In this document: positions 59,661 to 64,000 of the stretch, one piece after another
Layout of the letters: every line of letters begins with the position of its first letter
Numbering within the stretch: position 1 is the first letter of the stretch
Virus record (IMG/VR): IMGVR_UViG_3300031525_000004
Origin: a virus
Length of the DNA: 64,000 bases
Direction: 5' to 3' (one strand)
Notes under the pieces: model-generated
Seen by the model: only the letters and a program-made list of their open reading frames with translations
Database searches by the model: none
What the model was told of the DNA's origin: nothing
Translations under genes and position numbers: made by a program

Positions 59661-59962
59661 AACTTAACGTGTGCGGCAGGTGCGGTAACGAAGTTTACCC
59701 CGGAGGCACGATTACCATCCATCGACTCACGGGTGGAACGCCAGATTTCATGCACGGTCGTATGTTTTCCGGAGACATCGTTTGCGATGGATGTTTGGCG
59801 ATCTGCCGCGAGATATTCGGAAAGGACTGGAAGTACGAGGACGTAATTCAAAAGGTGGAGCATGTAGAGAAACCTAAGCGAACGATATTCACTTTCCCTC
59901 TGATGGTGATTACGGAGCGTGGATGGCGAAATAAGCCTAGCGTGCGTCCATCGGAGGTATAG
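59657..59962 (+). CDS. Cys-rich hypothetical protein
   Basis: 101 aa. CGRCG...CDGC. Confidence 0.55.
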   Translation: MKLNVCGRCGNEVYPGGTITIHRLTGGTPDFMHGRMFSGDIVCDGCLAICREIFGKDWKYEDVIQKVEHVEKPKRTIFTFPLMVITERGWRNKPSVRPSEV

Positions 59963-59999
59963 AGGCAATGAACGTCAAATATGGAGAGTTGATAGACCT

Positions 60000-60212
60000 A
60001 TGAATCACGAGCAGATCGACAAGGTAGTGGACCTGGCAGCAAACTTGGCCGGCAAGGCGGACGACATCGACGAGGTGCTGGTCATCTACATTCGGAAGTC
60101 GGACGGCAAGGGGTTCTCGCTCGACAACGGGCTGACCGTGGCGCAGGCCAACTTTCTCGTGGATAAGTTCAAGACGTGGATGTTCTCGTGCATGGCGAAG
60201 GAGGATGATTGA
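60000..60212 (+). CDS. Small hypothetical protein
   Basis: Internal ATG of track ORF 59919..60212. MNHEQIDKVVDLAANLAGK... Confidence 0.5.
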   Translation: MNHEQIDKVVDLAANLAGKADDIDEVLVIYIRKSDGKGFSLDNGLTVAQANFLVDKFKTWMFSCMAKEDD

Positions 60213-60258
60213 TGCTAAATGTGGCTTGGGATGGTATTGCCGTGTGGGTGAGTGTGCC

Positions 60259-60561
60259 ATGAGCAACTGGGGTGTAATCGAAGAGCGCGAAGATTCAGGA
60301 AGGTTTGTGTCCTTCCATGTTGTGCCGCTAGTCCGCATCGGAGACGAAGATGAGATGTCCGCCGCGCACCAGTTATCGGACGCTTGCCCATGCCACCCGT
60401 TCTACACGGAGAACGACCATGGCTACATCGTGTGGCAGCACTTCGATCCGACCCATAAGGGAGCGCGAACTCACGAAGACTGGATCGCCGATATACAGAC
60501 CAGGCGTGAATACTTGGCGCGTACTGCTAAGTCTCGGCCTCTGGAAAGCAAGGTGAACTAA
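60259..60561 (+). CDS. Small His/Cys-motif protein
   Basis: FHVVPLV...AHQLSDACPCHP...VWQH. Paralogous pattern to 60561..60836. Confidence 0.55.
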   Translation: MSNWGVIEEREDSGRFVSFHVVPLVRIGDEDEMSAAHQLSDACPCHPFYTENDHGYIVWQHFDPTHKGARTHEDWIADIQTRREYLARTAKSRPLESKVN

Positions 60562-60836
60562 TGGGACACAGGCTAGTCCAACGCTCCATAGAATCGCTCC
60601 GCGCCGAGGCCTACGAAGACCTGAAGGCGTTCGAGCGGTACGATCCAACTCCGGAGGAAAAGGCCAAGGGCCGCTGGGCTGTCGTATTTGAGGCGCTGCT
60701 TGATGGAGAGCCAGATGAAGAGTCAATCGTCCACATCATCCCAATCTTCGGCGCGCTGCACTACATCACAGATCGCTGCTGGTGCTGCCCCACTGTCGAC
60801 GAGGACGGAACCGTGTGTCACAAGGCCAGCCAATGA
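60561..60836 (+). CDS. Small His/Cys-motif protein
   Basis: VHIIPIFGALHYITDRCWCCPTVDEDGTVCH. Confidence 0.55.
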   Translation: MGHRLVQRSIESLRAEAYEDLKAFERYDPTPEEKAKGRWAVVFEALLDGEPDEESIVHIIPIFGALHYITDRCWCCPTVDEDGTVCHKASQ

Positions 60837-61195
60837 AGGACAAGAACAGGGCAGAGTGGACGGCGTTCGTCGAAGGCACGGAAACTCCAAAGGCCAACAA
60901 GTACGGAGCGGAGCGCAAGGGAAAGTATGCGTCCACCAAGGAAGCCGACTACGCCATGCGCCTAGAGGCGCTGCACTCGCGCGACTTAATCCAACACTTA
61001 CAGGAGCAGGTATCCTTCACCTTAGTCGAAGGACAGGGAAAGATACGTCCGATTAAGTACATCGCGGACTTCGTTTATTACGAGAATGGCAAGCGCCACG
61101 TTGTCGACGTGAAGGGTTACACGAAGAACCAGGTTTATAGGTTGAAGAAGAAACTTATGTTCCTTCTACTCGGTATTGAGGTTGAGGAGTTATGA
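60833..61195 (+). CDS. DUF1064-like (PD-(D/E)XK-type) phage protein
   Basis: ATGA overlap. NKYGAERKGKYASTKEADYAMRLEAL...IKYIADFVYYENGKRHVVDVKGYTKNQVYRLKKKL fits the DUF1064 pattern (from memory). Confidence 0.65.
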   Translation: MKDKNRAEWTAFVEGTETPKANKYGAERKGKYASTKEADYAMRLEALHSRDLIQHLQEQVSFTLVEGQGKIRPIKYIADFVYYENGKRHVVDVKGYTKNQVYRLKKKLMFLLLGIEVEEL

Positions 61196-61602
61196 CAAAA
61201 CCTGCAAGGAAAACAGCCGCGCTAAAGGCCCTGGCAAGGCAGTGGACGCCCTTCGCGCGCATTGAGATAACCCCCGATATGCGAGCGCAATACGCCTTAC
61301 TCCGCCACTGCCACTCGCTCTACTCGAACAGCCGTATGGAAGTGCAGTGCTTCGCCATAGAGTCGTCCATCGGCGGCGTAATGCAGGTCACGCTCAAGCG
61401 TCACGGCAACGTTGAGGAGGTCACGGAAGACGACATGCGGCGGACTCTGCTGGAACTGTTTGGTCCGGCGGCCACGGCGGTTGAAATCTATCGAGCGATA
61501 GAGGAGAAGTGGAAGATTCGTATTTTGTGGATATTGCCGGCAACCTGGAAGCTGCCCTTCGGTATGCACCTGTCCACGGCGTTCGGTCGGCCGCCGCAGT
61601 AG
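61192..61602 (+). CDS. Hypothetical protein
   Basis: ATGA overlap. 136 aa. Confidence 0.55.
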   Translation: MTKPARKTAALKALARQWTPFARIEITPDMRAQYALLRHCHSLYSNSRMEVQCFAIESSIGGVMQVTLKRHGNVEEVTEDDMRRTLLELFGPAATAVEIYRAIEEKWKIRILWILPATWKLPFGMHLSTAFGRPPQ

Positions 61603-61650
61603 CGCCCATGTGACGGTCGTAGATTGCGTTCGTGATCTCGCAGATCGCTC

Positions 61651-61685
61651 GGAAGGTCATGCCCCATAGTGCGACATGGCCTTCC
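61651..61685. terminator. Hairpin between convergent genes (possible bidirectional terminator)
   Basis: GGAAGGTCATG / CATGGCCTTCC 11-bp stem (one G-U pair) with a 13-nt loop. No clear T-run. Confidence 0.35.
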
Positions 61686-61710
61686 TGTTACGCCACACAT
61701 CTTTGGTGAG

Positions 61711-62382
61711 TTACTGACCACCGTGGATCACGATAATGGCTGCTTGCTGGAGAGACCCTTGAAGCGTCAGGGAATCTAGGTTTGAGTAAACATCCTTCAC
61801 CCGCCCATCCTTCGTCACGCGCACCACGGCGACGCCGGAGAGTTCGTCCGCCGACTCCAAACTGCGAATCAGGACATCACTCACCGAGGGCCGGCCGCCG
61901 AATCGCGTGTTGGCGATGTCGTCGAGGGTGGGAGCAGCCTCCGTTTCTTCCACCGGATTAGCGCCTGGAGGGGTGCTGGCGGCCTCGTTGGCTTGCTGGT
62001 GACCCTCACCTATATCCGCGTACCCCGATAAGTCCCTGTCGGCCCCCGCCTGATCCTCTGACGCCTTCTGCAAAGTCTGCGCCAGCGCCTGCCCCGCCTC
62101 CGGGTTCGACGTTTGCAGGTATATCCCGCCGTCAGGCAGATGCGCCACCAGAGTCACCAGAACTCCGTGGAGGGTCGTCAGTTTGTCGTGGCCTCGCTTG
62201 CCAGTCATTCGGCGCCAGAACTTCTCGAGCGCGGACCTCCGCCGGTCGAGCGCGGACTCAAGATCATCGGCGATCCGGTTGGCGGTGGCTTCGTTCATCA
62301 GGAACGTGATCGGCACCTGGCCGCGCTGCAGGGTGACGTTGAGCATCGTCCGGGCTACTTCGATGTGCGGGGTGGGTTGCAT
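61711..62382 (-). CDS. Hypothetical protein
   Basis: 223 aa. GTGAAAGGAAAACCCG upstream of the ATG. Confidence 0.6.
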   Translation of the reverse strand: MQPTPHIEVARTMLNVTLQRGQVPITFLMNEATANRIADDLESALDRRRSALEKFWRRMTGKRGHDKLTTLHGVLVTLVAHLPDGGIYLQTSNPEAGQALAQTLQKASEDQAGADRDLSGYADIGEGHQQANEAASTPPGANPVEETEAAPTLDDIANTRFGGRPSVSDVLIRSLESADELSGVAVVRVTKDGRVKDVYSNLDSLTLQGSLQQAAIIVIHGGQ

Positions 62383-62567
62383 CGGGTTTTCCTTTCACTG
62401 GTTGAAGTCTAGTACGTCTTGACGCAATCTGCGCTTGGCAATTTCGATTCGGGTTGTGTAACGGTTTCGTCACGGCATGTAACGCTGAGTATCGACGTGT
62501 ATCGCCAGATTTCGCATGAAATCGACGAAAGGATAGAAGGGAGATACTGCTAGCTGGACCGACAAAA

Positions 62568-62654
62568 GCTTCTGTATTTGCTTCTGTGTATGCTTCTGCT
62601 TCTGTATGGGCACACACTGTACACAAATCAATCACCGTCAATCATTGTCAATGA
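62568..62654. repeat. Iteron-like direct repeats (GCTTCTGT x4) followed by TCAATCA/GTCAATCA/GTCAATGA repeats and the palindrome TCATTG-T-CAATGA
   Basis: Read directly. GCTTCTGT at 62568, 62580, 62592 (GCTTCTGC) and 62599 (CTTCTGT). TCAATCA at 62628, GTCAATCA at 62637 and GTCAATGA at 62647. Palindrome at 62642-62654. Intergenic. Confidence 0.6.
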
Positions 62655-62666
62655 CATTGTTTAACG

Positions 62667-63038
62667 TTACGCTTGACTCTTTCGGCGCTCCCGCGACTCG
62701 CGCATCTTCACGCGGTTGTACTCGCGGCGCTCTTCCTCATTGCGAATGTCGCGGTAGTGTTGGTGGCTGACGACATGGAATTGGTACGGGCCTTGCCTGA
62801 TAAGCCGGCGGCCGTCCCTGTCTGGATTTCGACTGCGAGGATCTGGGGCGCAAAGATACTCAAGTGCCATGTCGACGCGTTCCGGAGTTGATCCGAGGAT
62901 TGAGGCAAGGAGCTGCGGATTGATTTCGATACTTGAATTCACCGTGTTTGCTATCACATATCCCCACACCGCAAACACATCAGCCCCGGCCCCAAACATC
63001 GAACCCGTGAAAGTGGAAGAGAAAAATTTACCGTACAT
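62667..63038 (-). CDS. Conserved phage protein of unknown function
   Basis: Start at MYGKFFSSTFTGSMFGAGADVFAVWGYVIAN, overlapping the upstream gene end. The upstream part of track ORF 62667..63245 looks non-coding. Confidence 0.55.
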   Translation of the reverse strand: MYGKFFSSTFTGSMFGAGADVFAVWGYVIANTVNSSIEINPQLLASILGSTPERVDMALEYLCAPDPRSRNPDRDGRRLIRQGPYQFHVVSHQHYRDIRNEEERREYNRVKMRESRERRKSQA

Positions 63039-63288
63039 CGCCGTCCTCCTGCTCGAACCGTCTTCGGCAAAAACGGCATTGGATGATTTTGGGGATAACC
63101 TGCTTGCCTGGCTCAAAGATGAGTCCGCCGCTGGATGTCTGAGCAATGACGATTCCCACGACGGGAAGCGCAGCGTCTTGACCGCATCGTGGGCAGGAGA
63201 ACATAATCGTTCCGGTCCAACGTGGAACGTCCTCGCGCGGTTCAAGAATGCGCCAAGTTGCTGGTGGAGAAGTTGTAGGTTTATTCAT
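63028..63288 (-). CDS. Zn-ribbon protein
   Basis: CPRCGQ...CRFCRRRF. 86 aa. Confidence 0.55.
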   Translation of the reverse strand: MNKPTTSPPATWRILEPREDVPRWTGTIMFSCPRCGQDAALPVVGIVIAQTSSGGLIFEPGKQVIPKIIQCRFCRRRFEQEDGDVR

Positions 63289-63380
63289 ACCGCGTCAAGC
63301 ATAACATTCGTGTTAACAAAGTCAAGCGGTTGCGAATATTTATTTTGCAACCAGAGCCAGCGGCGCATACACTTGCAGAC

Positions 63381-63995
63381 ATGAGCGTCATAGGCATCGT
63401 AGCCATCTCCATCCTCGCGGCCCTCTTCCTCTTCTCGCTCCTCGCCTGCGCCGCGCTCGCCGCATGGCAGGGATGGCAGAATAAGCGCCTCCTCTCCGCA
63501 GCCCAACGGGAAACCGAGCAGGTCTACGCAGAGACCAAATCCCTCCTGGTGGCGAACCAAGCGGAGACGAAGGCGACAATCGAGTCCGCTAAGGGAGCCT
63601 TCGGCGCGATCCGCACAGATGTTCGTGCACTCCTCGAAGATCACCGGAAGGAAATTCGGGTTACGATAGAGGAATTCCGCAAGGAACTAGCGGCGACGCT
63701 CGACGGCCACCGGCAGCAGACGCAGACGGCAATCGACAAGATCAACGCCGAAGCCCTTGTCTCCGTCGCGGCCCGGCTGACCCAGGTATGCTTGAGAGCA
63801 GAAAAGGCAGTCGTCCTACTGCAAAGTTTAGTGTTGGATACGGAAGCGAGAGTGACAAACGAGTATGGCCCAAACGACTTCGCGCCAGAAGACAGCCCCT
63901 TCGGGACGCCGCCGTCCGGGTACAGCGTTAGCCAAACGGCAGCCCTCGACGAACAAAGCGGTCGAGAGGAAGTTGGCGCGGGGCAAGCCATCTGA
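63381..63995 (+). CDS. N-terminal-TM coiled-coil protein
   Basis: Start at MSVIGIVAISILAALFLFSLLACAALAAW, followed by a long helical region. The track gives an alternative start at 63330. Confidence 0.55.
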   Translation: MSVIGIVAISILAALFLFSLLACAALAAWQGWQNKRLLSAAQRETEQVYAETKSLLVANQAETKATIESAKGAFGAIRTDVRALLEDHRKEIRVTIEEFRKELAATLDGHRQQTQTAIDKINAEALVSVAARLTQVCLRAEKAVVLLQSLVLDTEARVTNEYGPNDFAPEDSPFGTPPSGYSVSQTAALDEQSGREEVGAGQAI

Positions 63996-64000
63996 CACTG

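Larger units (their letters stand above)
1..64000. mobile_element. Segment of a temperate phage / prophage-like element (no host flank recognised)
   Basis: Dense short translationally coupled ORFs plus RecT/exonuclease, DnaB, tyrosine integrase, excisionase-type HTH, four HNH endonucleases, orphan methyltransferase, tail-fibre-like giants and holin/spanin-like peptides. No housekeeping operon seen. Confidence 0.8.

Noticed and set aside
1-64000. Prophage boundaries or att direct repeats
   Set aside because: No host-like genes or flanking direct repeats were recognisable by eye. This cannot be decided without sequence outside the window or a repeat search.

Overview
GC-rich window that reads as one continuous stretch of a temperate phage or prophage-like element. 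I recognised no host housekeeping genes and no element boundary.

Layout:
- Rightward block, 32 to about 45008. It starts inside a giant SNF2-helicase polyvalent-type protein, followed by a tRNA. Next come a RecT plus PD-(D/E)XK exonuclease recombination module, a cold-shock protein with two KTSC-domain proteins, a DnaB helicase, an ACP-like protein, a degenerate tRNA-like element and a tyrosine integrase. After these is a long run of small, translationally coupled ORFs: an excisionase-type HTH, an HNH-AP2 endonuclease, an RHH protein and several Zn-ribbon proteins. The block ends with two giant tail-fibre-like or glycanase-like proteins (1788 aa and 1236 aa) and a cluster of holin/spanin-like small membrane proteins.
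- Leftward block, 44945-57756. About 30 mostly small ATGA-coupled genes, including an HNH endonuclease, a DUF3560-adenine methyltransferase fusion, an Ala/Trp/Arg tandem-repeat protein and several unannotated peptides under 60 aa. One winged-helix gene is embedded on the opposite strand.
- An ORF-poor control region of about 0.85 kb (57757-58604).
- Rightward block 58605-61602, leftward genes 61711-63288, then a rightward gene running to the window end.

Most notable non-obvious signals:
- A 10-12 nt motif (TTCTGCAAGCGT) occurs ten times, almost always at operon boundaries, and twice as inverted pairs.
- A well-folded tRNA has C instead of the near-universal U at position 33. A second tRNA-like element has a collapsed anticodon arm.
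- Several candidate recoding or frameshift sites sit where an alternative frame is ATGA-coupled to the next gene.
- Two micro-ORFs (MARTKxRWTY) are conserved at the protein level.
- One small protein ends in a clamp-binding-like QLTLF.

All family names come from reading the translated sequence and from memory of family motifs. No searches were run.
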